Positions 44,141 through 53,934 of a DNA stretch of 64,000 nucleotides are shown here, in pieces. This DNA is from an uncultured Actinomycetes bacterium (GTDB lineage Bacteria > Actinomycetota > Acidimicrobiia > IMCC26256 > PALSA-610). The stretch spans positions 1,248,744 to 1,312,743 of the forward strand of contig CAVPBG010000002.1 in NCBI GenBank assembly GCA_963701825.1, given 5' to 3'. The position numbers and the translations under genes were made by a program. The notes under the pieces were generated by a model, which saw only the letters and a program-made list of their open reading frames with translations, did no database searches and was not told the DNA's origin. Each line of letters starts with the position of its first letter. Position 1 is the first letter of the stretch.

Positions 44141-45265
44141 ATGAACCTGAAGACCGCGGCGCTCCGACTCGGCGTGCACTACCAGACCGCGTACCGCTGG
44201 GTGCGCAGTGGTCAGTTGGTCGCGGTCAAGGTCGGTGCCGGCTACGAGATCTCCGACGCGGCGGTGGCGCGGCTCCGGGCCCAGCGCCGCGCGACGGAAC
44301 GGATGCCGGAGGGCGGTGCCGCGCAGGTCCGGGCCTTCGACGTGACCGCGAGCTTCGCCGACGCCGTCCAGGTGCTCGACTCGATGGTCGACGCCGTCAC
44401 CCTCGATTCCACGGCAATCGGTCAACGCGTCGCCCGCATCGCGGCCGACCACCTCGGCGACACGGCCTTCTTGTACCGCCGCACCGCCGACGACGCGATG
44501 GTCGTGGTCTGTGCCGCGCACCGGGATCCGGTGGCCGAGGTCGCGGCCAACACCCTGGGCCGCGATCCGAACACGTCGACCAAGCTCGTGCGGCGCGCGC
44601 TCGACGGCGGGGAACTGATCTGCATCGCGCAGGTCCCGCAGCGCGAGCTGCGCCGCGCTCTGCATCCCGAACTGCACGAGAGCCTGCAACTCTCGGGCTG
44701 TTACAGCGCGCTGTGTGCGCCGTTCGGTGTCGACGGCGTGTTGCTCGTCACGCGTGATCTTCCGGGTCGGCCGTACACCCCCGACGACGTTGCGTTGGTC
44801 GAGTCGATCACCGCGCGCTTGACGGTCGCCGACGAACGGGCCCGCTGCTGGAGTACCGCCTGGGACATCCGGCGCGCGTTGGTAACTGCGCTCGGCACCG
44901 AAGCGCCGGAGGGGAACTGCTTTGCCCAGGTGTTCGAGTCGCGGGCGGAAGAGCCGATGGTCGCGGTGCTCGATCTCGAGCTGCAACACGTGACCGCCAC
45001 GAAGGCCTACGCGGGATTGGTCGGCGAAGACGTGACGCGTCTGATCGGGTCGTCCCTCCGCGCGCTCGTTCCCGACGGTGGCGCGCTCGACGAAGCGCTC
45101 GCGCCGGTGATGCTCGGCGAGATCGACTTCCGCAGCGTCGAGCTCGACGTGCTCGCGGACCGGGCTCGTGTGGCGTTGCACGTGGCGATGGTGCGGCGCG
45201 CCGACGCCACACCGCGCGGGGTGGTCGTCGTCGCCCATCCCGTGCCGGCCCTGTCCGGCTGCTGA
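44141..45265 (+). CDS. HTH (excisionase/MerR-like HTH_17) + GAF/PAS-like sensory transcriptional regulator
   Basis: The ATG at 44141 gives MNLKTAALRLGVHYQTAYRWVRSGQLVAVKVGAGYEI, followed by about 330 aa of sensor-like sequence. It is divergent from the amidohydrolase operon. Confidence 0.65.
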   Translation: MNLKTAALRLGVHYQTAYRWVRSGQLVAVKVGAGYEISDAAVARLRAQRRATERMPEGGAAQVRAFDVTASFADAVQVLDSMVDAVTLDSTAIGQRVARIAADHLGDTAFLYRRTADDAMVVVCAAHRDPVAEVAANTLGRDPNTSTKLVRRALDGGELICIAQVPQRELRRALHPELHESLQLSGCYSALCAPFGVDGVLLVTRDLPGRPYTPDDVALVESITARLTVADERARCWSTAWDIRRALVTALGTEAPEGNCFAQVFESRAEEPMVAVLDLELQHVTATKAYAGLVGEDVTRLIGSSLRALVPDGGALDEALAPVMLGEIDFRSVELDVLADRARVALHVAMVRRADATPRGVVVVAHPVPALSGC

Positions 45266-45279
45266 TACGTTCCGCCGAC

Positions 45280-46497
45280 ATGTCCGCCCCCGACGTGTCC
45301 GCGACTGCCGACTGGGGCCACGCCGACGATCTCGACGACATCCGCGGTCAGGTCGCCATCGCCGGCATCGGCGAGACGGCGTACACGAAGGCGTCGGGCC
45401 GCACCGCGCGGGAGATCGGGGCCGAAGCCGCCGAACGAGCTATCGCCGACGCGGGCCTCACGCCGGCCGACATCGACGGCATCACGTGGTCGGGCGCGTT
45501 TGCTGATTTCGACGTCGCCGCGTTCCACGAGCACTTCGGTACCGATCACGACATGTGGACGTCGCCGTGGGGCGGCGGTATGGCGTGGGCCGGTACCGCG
45601 CCGTACCTGGCCGCGCAGGCGATTCGCGAGCGGAAGGCCCGACACGTGCTGAACGTGTTTCCCGTGGCGTGGGCGACGCAACGATCGTCGATGACCGGCG
45701 GCCCCGGCGAGGTCCACGCCGCGCAGACGTTGAAGCAGAACCTCGAGGTGCCGTTCGGGTTCTTCCCGCAGCCCGTGTACTTCGCGTCGATCATGCGCCG
45801 GCACATGCTCGAGTTCGGCACCCGCCCGGAACAGTTCGGCGCGATCGCGGTTGCGTGCCGGCGCCACGCCAACCTGAACCCGGACGCGGTCATGCATGGC
45901 CGGCCGATGACGATTGACGATTACCTCGCCGCGAAGGTGCTGGCCGATCCGCTGCGCCTGCTCGACTCCTGCCTGATCTCCGACGGTGGCGCGGCGTACG
46001 TGACGACGAGCGTCGAGCGGGCGCGCGACATGCCGCATGCACCTGCGGTCGTGAGCGGTGTCGGCGAGGGCTACTCCGCGAGCGGCGGCCACTGGGCGCT
46101 CCAGAAGGCGTTCACGAGCACCCCGCAGGTCTTCTCCGCGCCCCAGGCGTTCGCGATGGCCGGTCTCGCGCCGTCCGATGTCGACGTGTTGACGGTCTAC
46201 GACCCGTTCACTGTCGTGAGCCTGATGCAGATCGAGGACATGGGCTTCTGCCCGAAGGGCGAGGCGGGGAACTTCGTCGAAGGCGACACGTTGTTTCACG
46301 ACGCGGGCAAGTTGCCGTTCAACACGCACGGCGGTCTGCTCTCGCACGCGTACGTGCTCGGCATCGCGCACGTCGTGGAATGCGTGAAGCAACTGCGCGG
46401 TGTCGCGCCCGCGCAGGTGCCCGACTGCGAGGTCGCGGTCTACGGCGGATACACGGGCCACATGGCGAGCACCCTGGTGCTCACGAAGGATCGGTGA
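45280..46497 (+). CDS. Thiolase-like lipid-transfer protein (Ltp/SCP-x type)
   Basis: 405 aa (VAIAGIGETAYTK, LDSCLISDGGAAYV, NTHGGLLSHAYVLGIAHVVECVKQLRG). Confidence 0.85.
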   Translation: MSAPDVSATADWGHADDLDDIRGQVAIAGIGETAYTKASGRTAREIGAEAAERAIADAGLTPADIDGITWSGAFADFDVAAFHEHFGTDHDMWTSPWGGGMAWAGTAPYLAAQAIRERKARHVLNVFPVAWATQRSSMTGGPGEVHAAQTLKQNLEVPFGFFPQPVYFASIMRRHMLEFGTRPEQFGAIAVACRRHANLNPDAVMHGRPMTIDDYLAAKVLADPLRLLDSCLISDGGAAYVTTSVERARDMPHAPAVVSGVGEGYSASGGHWALQKAFTSTPQVFSAPQAFAMAGLAPSDVDVLTVYDPFTVVSLMQIEDMGFCPKGEAGNFVEGDTLFHDAGKLPFNTHGGLLSHAYVLGIAHVVECVKQLRGVAPAQVPDCEVAVYGGYTGHMASTLVLTKDR

Positions 46498-46504
46498 TCC
46501 GGCG

Positions 46505-46942
46505 ATGGCTATCACGCGCGCCGAGTTCCCGCTGCCCGACGTCGACGATCCGCTGACGGCCGGCTTCTTCGCCGGCGCGGCGCGGGGCGAGCTCGTGATT
46601 CCGCGCTGCGACAGCTGCGGCGAATGGGTCTGGTACCCGGAACCGGCGTGCCCGCACGACGGCGGTGCGCTCACATGGACACCCGTTTCGGGGCGGGGCA
46701 CGTTGTTCACGTGGGTCGTGGTGGAGCGGGCGTTCCTGCCGGCCTTCGCCGATCGCGTTCCGTTCGTCACCGCGTTGGTGGTGCTCGATGAAGACCCCGC
46801 GCTCCGGCTCTGCACGTATCTCGTCGACGCGGAACCCGCCGACCTGATTGCCGACGCGCCGGTGACGGTTTCCTTCCGACCGCTCGAGTTCACGACGGTT
46901 CCCGACGCGTCGGTGGTCGTCCCGATGTTCACCCTGTCGTGA
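46505..46942 (+). CDS. DUF35 OB-fold/zinc-ribbon protein (Ltp partner)
   Basis: The ATG at 46505 gives 145 aa. It has the rubredoxin-like CDSCGEWVWYPEPACPHDG followed by the OB-fold GTLFTWVVV. Confidence 0.8.
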   Translation: MAITRAEFPLPDVDDPLTAGFFAGAARGELVIPRCDSCGEWVWYPEPACPHDGGALTWTPVSGRGTLFTWVVVERAFLPAFADRVPFVTALVVLDEDPALRLCTYLVDAEPADLIADAPVTVSFRPLEFTTVPDASVVVPMFTLS

Positions 46943-49095
46943 TCTACGACGGATTACGCGTCGTCGATTGCACGACGGGGATCGCGGGCGCGTACTGCAC
47001 CAAGTTGCTCGCCGATCTCGGCGCCGACGCGGTGTTCGGCGCGCCGATCGACGGCGATCCGCTGTTCACGTATTTGCGGACCTCGCAACGACACGCGCTC
47101 GATCTCGCGCCGTGGCTCGCGGCCGCCGACATCGTGATCGCGAACGAGCCCGACGGCTTGCCGCCGCACCCGGGCGCGCTCGTGACGGTGTCGATCACCG
47201 CACTCGGTCACGGCGGCCCCGACGACGGCCTCGATCTCCCCGAGGAGATTCTGCAGGCCCGCAGTGGGAGCCTGTCGGCGCACGGGCACATGAACCAGCC
47301 GCCGCTGACCGTCGGCGGTCACCTGGGCGAGTACATCGTCGGCGCGTTCGCCGCGCTGGGTGGTCTCACCGCGTGGTGGCGCGCCTCGCGCACCGGAATT
47401 GCCGAGACGGTCGACGCGTCGATGCTCGAGGCGATGCAGCTCACCTACGTCACGACTCCTACCCTCATGGCCCGGTTTCCCGGCGGCCGCGAGCAGTCGT
47501 TCCGCTGGGTGATGATCCCGGGCAACGAGCCTGCGGGCGACGGGCGTTACGTCGGCATCACCACCGTGACCGCGCAGCAGTGGCAGGCGCTGGCGCGCGT
47601 CATCGGCCGGCCGGACCAGGCCGACGACGACGAGCTCGGCACGATGATCGGCCGCTTCCGCCGGGCCCGGGAAGTGAACGGCGCGATTCACGCGTACACG
47701 GAACAGCACACCGCCGACGAAGTCGTGGCTGCGTGCGTCGAGGCGCGCGTCCCCGCCGCGATCGTCGGTAACGGCGCCGAACTCCCGCGCAACGAACAGC
47801 TCGCGGCGCGCAACGTGTTCCTGCAACAGCCCGGCGAGTCGTGGATCCGACCCCGCGCTCCGTTCCGCTTTCACGGTGTTGCCGATCGGGAGCTGGCGCC
47901 GCCCGCGCCCGCGGCTGTCTCCGACCAATGGCCCGCGGCCGATCGCGTCGCGCGTGCCGGGGTGCATCCGGCACCGGGCGCGCGTCCCTTCGCGGGAATC
48001 CGGGTCCTCGACTTCACCGCGTTCTGGGCGGGACCGTTCGCAACCGCCTGGTTGTCGTCGATGGGCGCCGACGTCGTGAAGGTCGAAGCGGTGCAGCGAC
48101 CCGACGGCATCCGGTTCAGCGCAATGGTGCGCCCGCACGACGATCCGCAGTTCTACGAGAAGTCGGCACTCTTCCACGCGTGCAACCTCGGCAAGCGGGC
48201 GATCACGCTCGACCTCGGCCACCCCGACGGCCTCGCGCTGGCGAAACGGCTCGTCGAACGCAGTGACGTGATCGCGGAGAACTTCACCCCGCAGGTGCTG
48301 GAACGGTTCGGCCTCGACTGGGACACCGTCCACGCCCTGAATCCACAGGCGATCATGCTGCGCATGCCCGCGTTCGGTCTCGACGGCCCGTGGCGCGCTC
48401 GAGGCGGATTCGCGCAGACCATGGAACAACTCACGGGCATGGCGTGGGTGACGGGGTACGACGGCGGCCCGCCCATCATCCCCGGTGGACCCGTCGACCC
48501 GATGGTCGGCGCGCACGCCGCGCTCGCGGTTGTGGCCGCCATCGAACATCGCGCGCAAGCCGGCTTCGGTCAGCTCGTCGAGGTGCCGCTCGTGGAAGTT
48601 GCGACCGCGGTGACGGCGGAACAGGTGATCCACTACGCGATCGAGGGTTCGTTGTCGGAGCGCCGCGGCGAAGGTGGCGTGTACGCGTGCGTCGGCGACG
48701 ACGCGTGGGTCGCGATTGATCGGGCGCGCGATCCGATGACACCCGAAGACCGTGCCGCATGGTGCGCGACCCGCAGCGCGACCGACGCGGCGCGGGAAGC
48801 AAACGATCAAGGCGTACCGGCCGCGGCGATGGTCCCCGGCTTCGCGACGCTCGACGACCCGCAGATGCGCGCCCGCGGGTTCTTCGAACCTCTCGCGAAC
48901 CCCATGGTCGGCGACCAGTCCTACCCGACCTGGCCGGTCCGGCTCTCGGCCGGTCCCGAACAGCTCTGGTCGGCGCCTGCACCCACCCTCGGTCAGCACA
49001 ACGTCGACGTGCTCGGCGGTGAGCTCGGCCTCGACGCCGACGAGCTCGCCCGCCTCGAAGCCGAGCACGTCATCGGCACGACGCCCGTCTACTGA
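46939..49095 (+). CDS. Tandem-fused double family III CoA-transferase (two CaiB/BaiF modules in one 718-aa chain)
   Basis: Module 1 reads LRVVDCTTGIAGAYCTKLLADLGADAV...GGHLGEYIVGAF. Module 2 reads IRVLDFTAFWAGPFATAWLSSMGADVVKVE...GGPVDPMVGAHAAL. The start overlaps the DUF35 stop. Confidence 0.85.
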   Translation: MIYDGLRVVDCTTGIAGAYCTKLLADLGADAVFGAPIDGDPLFTYLRTSQRHALDLAPWLAAADIVIANEPDGLPPHPGALVTVSITALGHGGPDDGLDLPEEILQARSGSLSAHGHMNQPPLTVGGHLGEYIVGAFAALGGLTAWWRASRTGIAETVDASMLEAMQLTYVTTPTLMARFPGGREQSFRWVMIPGNEPAGDGRYVGITTVTAQQWQALARVIGRPDQADDDELGTMIGRFRRAREVNGAIHAYTEQHTADEVVAACVEARVPAAIVGNGAELPRNEQLAARNVFLQQPGESWIRPRAPFRFHGVADRELAPPAPAAVSDQWPAADRVARAGVHPAPGARPFAGIRVLDFTAFWAGPFATAWLSSMGADVVKVEAVQRPDGIRFSAMVRPHDDPQFYEKSALFHACNLGKRAITLDLGHPDGLALAKRLVERSDVIAENFTPQVLERFGLDWDTVHALNPQAIMLRMPAFGLDGPWRARGGFAQTMEQLTGMAWVTGYDGGPPIIPGGPVDPMVGAHAALAVVAAIEHRAQAGFGQLVEVPLVEVATAVTAEQVIHYAIEGSLSERRGEGGVYACVGDDAWVAIDRARDPMTPEDRAAWCATRSATDAAREANDQGVPAAAMVPGFATLDDPQMRARGFFEPLANPMVGDQSYPTWPVRLSAGPEQLWSAPAPTLGQHNVDVLGGELGLDADELARLEAEHVIGTTPVY

Positions 49096-49188
49096 GACAC
49101 GCGTCTACTGACACGCGCCCGGGCGGCGCGACACGGGCGCCGAGCCGCTCGCAGCCCCGTCCGGGGGCGTCGGTAGGGTGATCGACGC

Positions 49189-50481
49189 ATGGTGTCAGCG
49201 GCGGGGGGTCCGGAGCTCGAGGACGTCGAGGATGCGCTCGTCGACGGCGATGTTCCGTACCAGCGGGGGACCGCCTCCGCCGCGCTGCGCCACCGCGACT
49301 TTCGCATCGTCTACATCGGCACCTTCGCGTCGAACATCGGCACGTGGATGCAGAACGTCATCCTCGGTGAATACGCGCTGAAGCTGACGCACAGCGGCTT
49401 CTACGTCGGGCTGTTGTACTTCGGTCAACTCGGCCCGTTGTTGTTCCTGTCGATGATCGGCGGTCTGCTCGCGGACCGCGTCGACCGGCGCCGACTGCTC
49501 GTGAGCATGCAGGTGCTGCAAGGTGCGCTGTCGTTCGCGCTCGCGTACGTCGCGTGGCAGTCGCATCCCTCACACGTGCTGATCGCGATCCTGGTATTCG
49601 CGATCGGTATCGCCAACGCGCTTGGTGCGCCGGGGTTGAGTGCGATCCTGCCGACACTCGTGCCGCGCGAAGACCTGACCGGCGCGGTCTCGCTCACGTC
49701 GGTGCAGATGAACCTCTCCCGCGTCATCGGTCCCGTGATCGGCGCGTTCCTCTACGCGTGGCTCAAGGCGGGCCCGGTGTTCGCGGTCAACGCGGTCACC
49801 TACGTGTTCGCGGTGATCGGGTTGGTGTGGGCGCGCTACCCGCGCTACGCGGCCGCGCCCGGATCTCCGCCGGTCGAGCAACGCCTGCTTTCCGGGATCC
49901 GGATCGCGCGCGCCGACCCCGTCATCCGGTACGTCCTGCTCACGCTCTTCACGTTCTCGTTCTTCTCGGTCACTTTCGTGGGCATCATGCCGCTCGTCGC
50001 GAAGTACAACCTCGGTATCCCGGAGACGGGCGTCACCTACGGCCTGCTGTACGCCACCTTCGGGTTGGGTGCGGCCGCGGGCGCGTTGACGGTCGGCTCG
50101 GTGCTCGCCCAGCGCTCGAAGGTCGCGCTCCTACGACCAGGGTTCGTCGCGTTCGCGATTGCGCTGGCGGCTTTCGGCCTCGTCCGCAACCTGGCCGCGG
50201 CCTTCATCGTGCTCTGCGTCGTCGGTTACATGTACTTCCTCGTCATCACGTGTCTGTCGATCATCCTGCAGAAGCAGTTGCGCGACGAGGAGCGAGGTCG
50301 GATCATGGCCTTGTGGATCATGCTGTTCGGCGGGACGGTGCCGTTGGGCGTGTTGCTCGCGAGCCCGTTCGCCAAGTCGTATTCGACAGAAGTGCTGCTG
50401 TTCGGGGCCGCCTGGGCACTACTGCTCGCGTGGTGGTCGGGCGCCCGATCCCTGCGTGCGAAGGGTGCACCCAATGACTGA
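49189..50481 (+). CDS. MFS transporter (EntS/MFS_3-like)
   Basis: 430 aa, about 12 TM segments, with ALRHRDFRIVYIGTFASNIGTWMQNV at the N-terminus. Confidence 0.85.
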   Translation: MVSAAGGPELEDVEDALVDGDVPYQRGTASAALRHRDFRIVYIGTFASNIGTWMQNVILGEYALKLTHSGFYVGLLYFGQLGPLLFLSMIGGLLADRVDRRRLLVSMQVLQGALSFALAYVAWQSHPSHVLIAILVFAIGIANALGAPGLSAILPTLVPREDLTGAVSLTSVQMNLSRVIGPVIGAFLYAWLKAGPVFAVNAVTYVFAVIGLVWARYPRYAAAPGSPPVEQRLLSGIRIARADPVIRYVLLTLFTFSFFSVTFVGIMPLVAKYNLGIPETGVTYGLLYATFGLGAAAGALTVGSVLAQRSKVALLRPGFVAFAIALAAFGLVRNLAAAFIVLCVVGYMYFLVITCLSIILQKQLRDEERGRIMALWIMLFGGTVPLGVLLASPFAKSYSTEVLLFGAAWALLLAWWSGARSLRAKGAPND

Positions 50482-51136
50482 GAAGCACGCGGAAGCGATG
50501 ACCGACCTGCGCGCCCGGGTGGCCGCGGTCGTGCACTCCGTCGATCCAACCGTGCTGGATCGGCCCGCACCGGCCACGCCGGGCTGGCGCGCCCGCGACG
50601 TGCTTGCGCACATCGTCGGAGTGAGCGACGACGTGGTGAACGGACGCCTCGAAGGCATCGCCAGCGACGAGTGGACCGGGGCGCAGGTCGAGCGCCGCCG
50701 CGCGGTATCGGTCGGGGAGATGCTGGAGGAGTGGCAGGAACACGGCCCGCAGTTCGAGGCGATGCTCGCGGGCGCGCCGGCCGAGATCGCGGGTCAGGCG
50801 GTGTTCGACGCGGCGACGCACGAACATGATCTGCGCAACGCGATCGAACGTTCCGGCGGGCGCGACAGCCGGGCCATGCACGTCAGCTGGGACTGGTTCG
50901 TCGAGACGCGATCGGCGCCCGCGATCCAGCTGCACACCGAACGGGGCGACGAGATCGCCGGGATCGGTGAACCGAAGGTGTCGGTGCGGGCTCCGTACTT
51001 CGAGCTCTTGCGGGCCGCGACCGGGCGCCGCACCGCGGCCGAGATCTCGGGGTTCGACTGGGAGCCCGGTCCGGATGTCATGCTCTTGTTGGCCGCGCCG
51101 TTCTTCACGGTGCGCCACGACTCACTCGGGGAGTAA
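50474..51136 (+). CDS. Mycothiol-type maleylpyruvate isomerase N-terminal (DinB-like) domain protein
   Basis: The ATG at 50474 overlaps the MFS stop and gives 220 aa (PGWRARDVLAHIVGVSDD, DAATHEHDLRNA). Confidence 0.75.
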   Translation: MTEKHAEAMTDLRARVAAVVHSVDPTVLDRPAPATPGWRARDVLAHIVGVSDDVVNGRLEGIASDEWTGAQVERRRAVSVGEMLEEWQEHGPQFEAMLAGAPAEIAGQAVFDAATHEHDLRNAIERSGGRDSRAMHVSWDWFVETRSAPAIQLHTERGDEIAGIGEPKVSVRAPYFELLRAATGRRTAAEISGFDWEPGPDVMLLLAAPFFTVRHDSLGE

Positions 51137-51165
51137 CTGGTCGCTCCGCGCGTGACCGACGCTCG

Positions 51166-52209
51166 TCAGGCGAGCTCGCGCAGCACTGCGACCACGTTGC
51201 GGCCGAGCACGTCGAGGTTGTAGCCGCCCTCTTGCACCACGAGTGTCGGTCGGTCGAGCGCGGCCAGCGCCGCGCCGAGGCGCGGGTAGTCGTCGGCGAC
51301 GAGGCGGAAGCGGTCGGGATCCTCGAGGGCGGTGTCGACGCCGAGCGACACGATCACGCCGTCGGGCCCGAACTTGCGCACCGCGGCGACGGCCGCGGCC
51401 AGCGCGGGCTCGAAGATGCTCCAGTCGGTGGCTTCCGGTAGCGGGAAGTTGCGGTTGCAGTCCTCGCCCGCGCCCCAACCGCGTTCGCCGGCGAAGCCGA
51501 GGAAGAACGGGTACTCGAACGCGGGATCGGCGTGCAGTGACACGAAGAGCACGTCGTCGCGGTCGTAGAAGATCTGCTGCGTGCCGTTGCCGTGGTGGTA
51601 GTCGACATCGATGATCGCCACGCGCGCGCCCCGGTCGGTCCAGGTCTGGGCCGCGATTGCGGCGTTGTTCAGGTAGCAGTAGCCCGCAAACGAGTCGGCG
51701 GCCGCGTGATGACCGGGCGGGCGCGTGCACGCGTACGCGGCGCGTTCCCGTCCGTCGGCTACCGCGGCCCACGCGGTGAGGGTCACGTCGACGGCGCCGA
51801 CCGCGGCCGCGTACGTTCCCGCGAGCACGGGATCGGTGTCGTGGGAGTACCAGCCGAGCTGGGCGATGATGTTCTCGGGCTCGAAGAGCGGCTGATCGCG
51901 CAGCGCCCGCGCGTAGCCCGCGGCCTCCGAGTCGGCGCCGAGCCCGGTGTCGACGCGCCAACGTTCGTGCGCGTGCTCGAGGAATTCGCAGTATTCCGAG
52001 GTGTGCACACGTCGCATCGCGTCGGGCGCCGGGCTGTTCAACCCGGTGGTCTCCGGTGGGTGCGGCGCGCCGAGGCCGGCATCGGCGATCGCGGCGAGGA
52101 TGCGGTCGACGCGCTCGGGTACCTCCGGCGGTTGCATGAGCCCGCCCCGATCGAGGAACGGCACGCGGGGATGGTGGGCTCGGTGCGCGTCGGATGCGAC
52201 GATCAGCAT
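51166..52209 (-). CDS. Histone deacetylase-family amidohydrolase (acetylpolyamine/acetoin-utilisation type)
   Basis: MLIVASDAHRAHHP...RPPGHHAAADSFAGYCYLNNAAIAA...IDVDYHHGNGTQQIFY...VSLGVDT. ATG at 52209, with a TTG alternative at 52230. Confidence 0.85.
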   Translation of the reverse strand: MLIVASDAHRAHHPRVPFLDRGGLMQPPEVPERVDRILAAIADAGLGAPHPPETTGLNSPAPDAMRRVHTSEYCEFLEHAHERWRVDTGLGADSEAAGYARALRDQPLFEPENIIAQLGWYSHDTDPVLAGTYAAAVGAVDVTLTAWAAVADGRERAAYACTRPPGHHAAADSFAGYCYLNNAAIAAQTWTDRGARVAIIDVDYHHGNGTQQIFYDRDDVLFVSLHADPAFEYPFFLGFAGERGWGAGEDCNRNFPLPEATDWSIFEPALAAAVAAVRKFGPDGVIVSLGVDTALEDPDRFRLVADDYPRLGAALAALDRPTLVVQEGGYNLDVLGRNVVAVLRELA

Positions 52210-52243
52210 TCCCGAAGCTGTAGCACGCAACTAGCGTGCGCGG

Positions 52244-52936
52244 GTGGCTTCCGACGAGGTGCAGGTCTTTTCGGTCGACCTCCACCAGCCGGCCGCGGTC
52301 GCGGCGCGGCTCACCCGTCTGCTCGCGCCGGACGAGACCGAAGGGTCGGCGCCGATCCGGGTGGCACGCGGCGCGCTGCGCATCGTGCTCGGCGACACGT
52401 TGGGAATCGAACCGGCCCGAGTCGAGATCGCGCGGCACTCCGCGCACTGCGGACACCCCACGCACGGCCGGCCCGCAGTGGTCGGCGATCCGATCTCACC
52501 CGTCTCGCCCATCTCGCCCGTCTCATTCAGCTTGAGTCACTCCGCGGAGTTCGCGCTGATCGCACTCGCCGGTCCCGGCATTCGCGTGGGAGTCGACGTC
52601 GAGGCGATCCGTCCCCGCCGGCGCCTCGAGGCGCTCGCGGCGCGCGTGCTGAGCGCAGAGGACTATGCGGCGTGGCTCGAGATCGACGACCCGGACGAGC
52701 AGCTGCGTGCGTTCCTCGACGCGTGGACGGCGAAGGAGGCGTACCTGAAGGCGATCGGCATCGGTATCGCCACCCGGTTGCGCGACGTGCCGACGCGCGT
52801 GCCGGGCTGGAGTATGCGCGCGCTCGACGTCGGCGCCGATTTCCGCGCCGCGCTGGCCGTCGATCGCACCACGGTCGAGGTTCGCCGGCTCGTGCTCTCG
52901 CCGCTCGCTATGTCGAGTGCCGGAACTGAACGCTGA
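52244..52936 (+). CDS. 4'-phosphopantetheinyl transferase (Sfp type)
   Basis: 230 aa (FSLSHSAEFALIA, GVDVE, WTAKEAYLKAIG). It contains a PISPVSPISPVS microsatellite. Confidence 0.85.
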   Translation: MASDEVQVFSVDLHQPAAVAARLTRLLAPDETEGSAPIRVARGALRIVLGDTLGIEPARVEIARHSAHCGHPTHGRPAVVGDPISPVSPISPVSFSLSHSAEFALIALAGPGIRVGVDVEAIRPRRRLEALAARVLSAEDYAAWLEIDDPDEQLRAFLDAWTAKEAYLKAIGIGIATRLRDVPTRVPGWSMRALDVGADFRAALAVDRTTVEVRRLVLSPLAMSSAGTER

Positions 52937-53555
52937 TCCGCGCCCCGGCCCGTGCGACCTTGGGCACCGAGTGCTCCCAGGTGCGCTGGCTGGCGCCGCC
53001 GGTCACCAACAGGTCGCCGGGCAGCAACCGGAACGGGCGGCTTGCGCGGCGCTCCTGTTTCGGCCGCAGCCGCAGGGTGCGCGCCGACCCGAGCGACAGG
53101 ATCGCGACGACGGGCTCGACGAGTGCCGGATCGAGCCGATCACTGTGCCACGCGACGCTGTCGCGCCCGTCGCGGTAGAGCGCGGCACCAACGCTGTCGA
53201 ACGCGCGGTCGTACCGGGCGGTGAGCGCGGTGGCCATCGCGCCGAGGATCGGGGCCACCTCGGGATTGTCGACGGTGCGCCCGTACCAGGCGGTGAGGCG
53301 TGGTTCCAAGACCATGCGGTCGTACATGCGCACGGTGCGGTGCTCCCAAGGCGCATGGGCGACGACGGTTTCGAAGAGTTGATCGGCGCCCTGCACCCAA
53401 CCGGCGATGTGTTCGACCCACGCATACTCGTCGAGCGCGATGCGTTGTGCGGTCGCGAACGTGTCGTCGAACGCGGGCGTGGCGCGCTCCGCGCCGAGCA
53501 GAGTTGGCTGCCAGTGCAGCTCGAGGCCCGAACGTACGTTCGCCATCGGCACCAC
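52908..53555 (-). CDS. alkB: AlkB-like Fe(II)/2-oxoglutarate dioxygenase
   Basis: 215 aa (SVAWHSDRLD, ILSLGSARTLRLR, GDLLVTGGASQRTWEHSVPK). Its 3' end overlaps the PPTase 3' end by 29 nt. Confidence 0.8.
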   Translation of the reverse strand: MVPMANVRSGLELHWQPTLLGAERATPAFDDTFATAQRIALDEYAWVEHIAGWVQGADQLFETVVAHAPWEHRTVRMYDRMVLEPRLTAWYGRTVDNPEVAPILGAMATALTARYDRAFDSVGAALYRDGRDSVAWHSDRLDPALVEPVVAILSLGSARTLRLRPKQERRASRPFRLLPGDLLVTGGASQRTWEHSVPKVARAGARISVQFRHST

Positions 53556-53586
53556 GGTACCCCTCGGGTGCGGGTACCGTGAAGTC

Positions 53587-53934
53587 GTGCTCGACGACGA
53601 CGAGGACTACACCGAAGCGGCCGACGACGAGAACGACGACGTCGACGGCGAGGCCGGCGCGCACGCCGATGCGGTGCTCGAAGGCCACGCGGAACCGGCA
53701 CCGATCGAACGCTTCCACCGCACCTCGGTCGGCATGGTGCTCGCGGCCGGCATGTTCGGCCTACGCGACGTACTGGAAACGCCGAAGGACAACACCCCGG
53801 CGATCGTCGAGGACTGGGCCGGTGGTCAGCCCGCCGACGATCCGTACGTGCTGCGGCTCGATCCCGACAACCCGCAGGACTCGATCGTCATGGTCCGCCG
53901 CAAGCGCGACCCCGACGACAAACCCCCCGCCTAG
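53587..53934 (+). CDS. Hypothetical acidic protein
   Basis: The in-frame GTG at 53587 gives VLDDDEDYTEAADDENDDVDGE...MVLAAGMFGLRDVL...DPDDKPPA. No recognisable motif, and the upstream part of the ORF is antisense to alkB. Confidence 0.3.
   Translation: MLDDDEDYTEAADDENDDVDGEAGAHADAVLEGHAEPAPIERFHRTSVGMVLAAGMFGLRDVLETPKDNTPAIVEDWAGGQPADDPYVLRLDPDNPQDSIVMVRRKRDPDDKPPA

Noticed and set aside
42183-45238. 617-aa and 708-aa minus-strand ORFs and the 699-aa plus-strand ORF, which would suggest large fusion proteins around the amidohydrolase genes
   Set aside because: Only the C-terminal 310, 292 and 374 aa respectively look like real proteins. The internal starts have good SD sequences or ATGA coupling, and the N-terminal extensions are Arg-rich shadows.
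49087-49117. Imperfect 16-nt tandem duplication spanning the stop codon of the fused CoA-transferase gene (gtctactgagacacgc / gtctactga-cacgcg)
   Set aside because: It is real in the sequence, but it is tiny and lies after the first in-frame stop. No structure or function is evident. It is probably a neutral slippage product.
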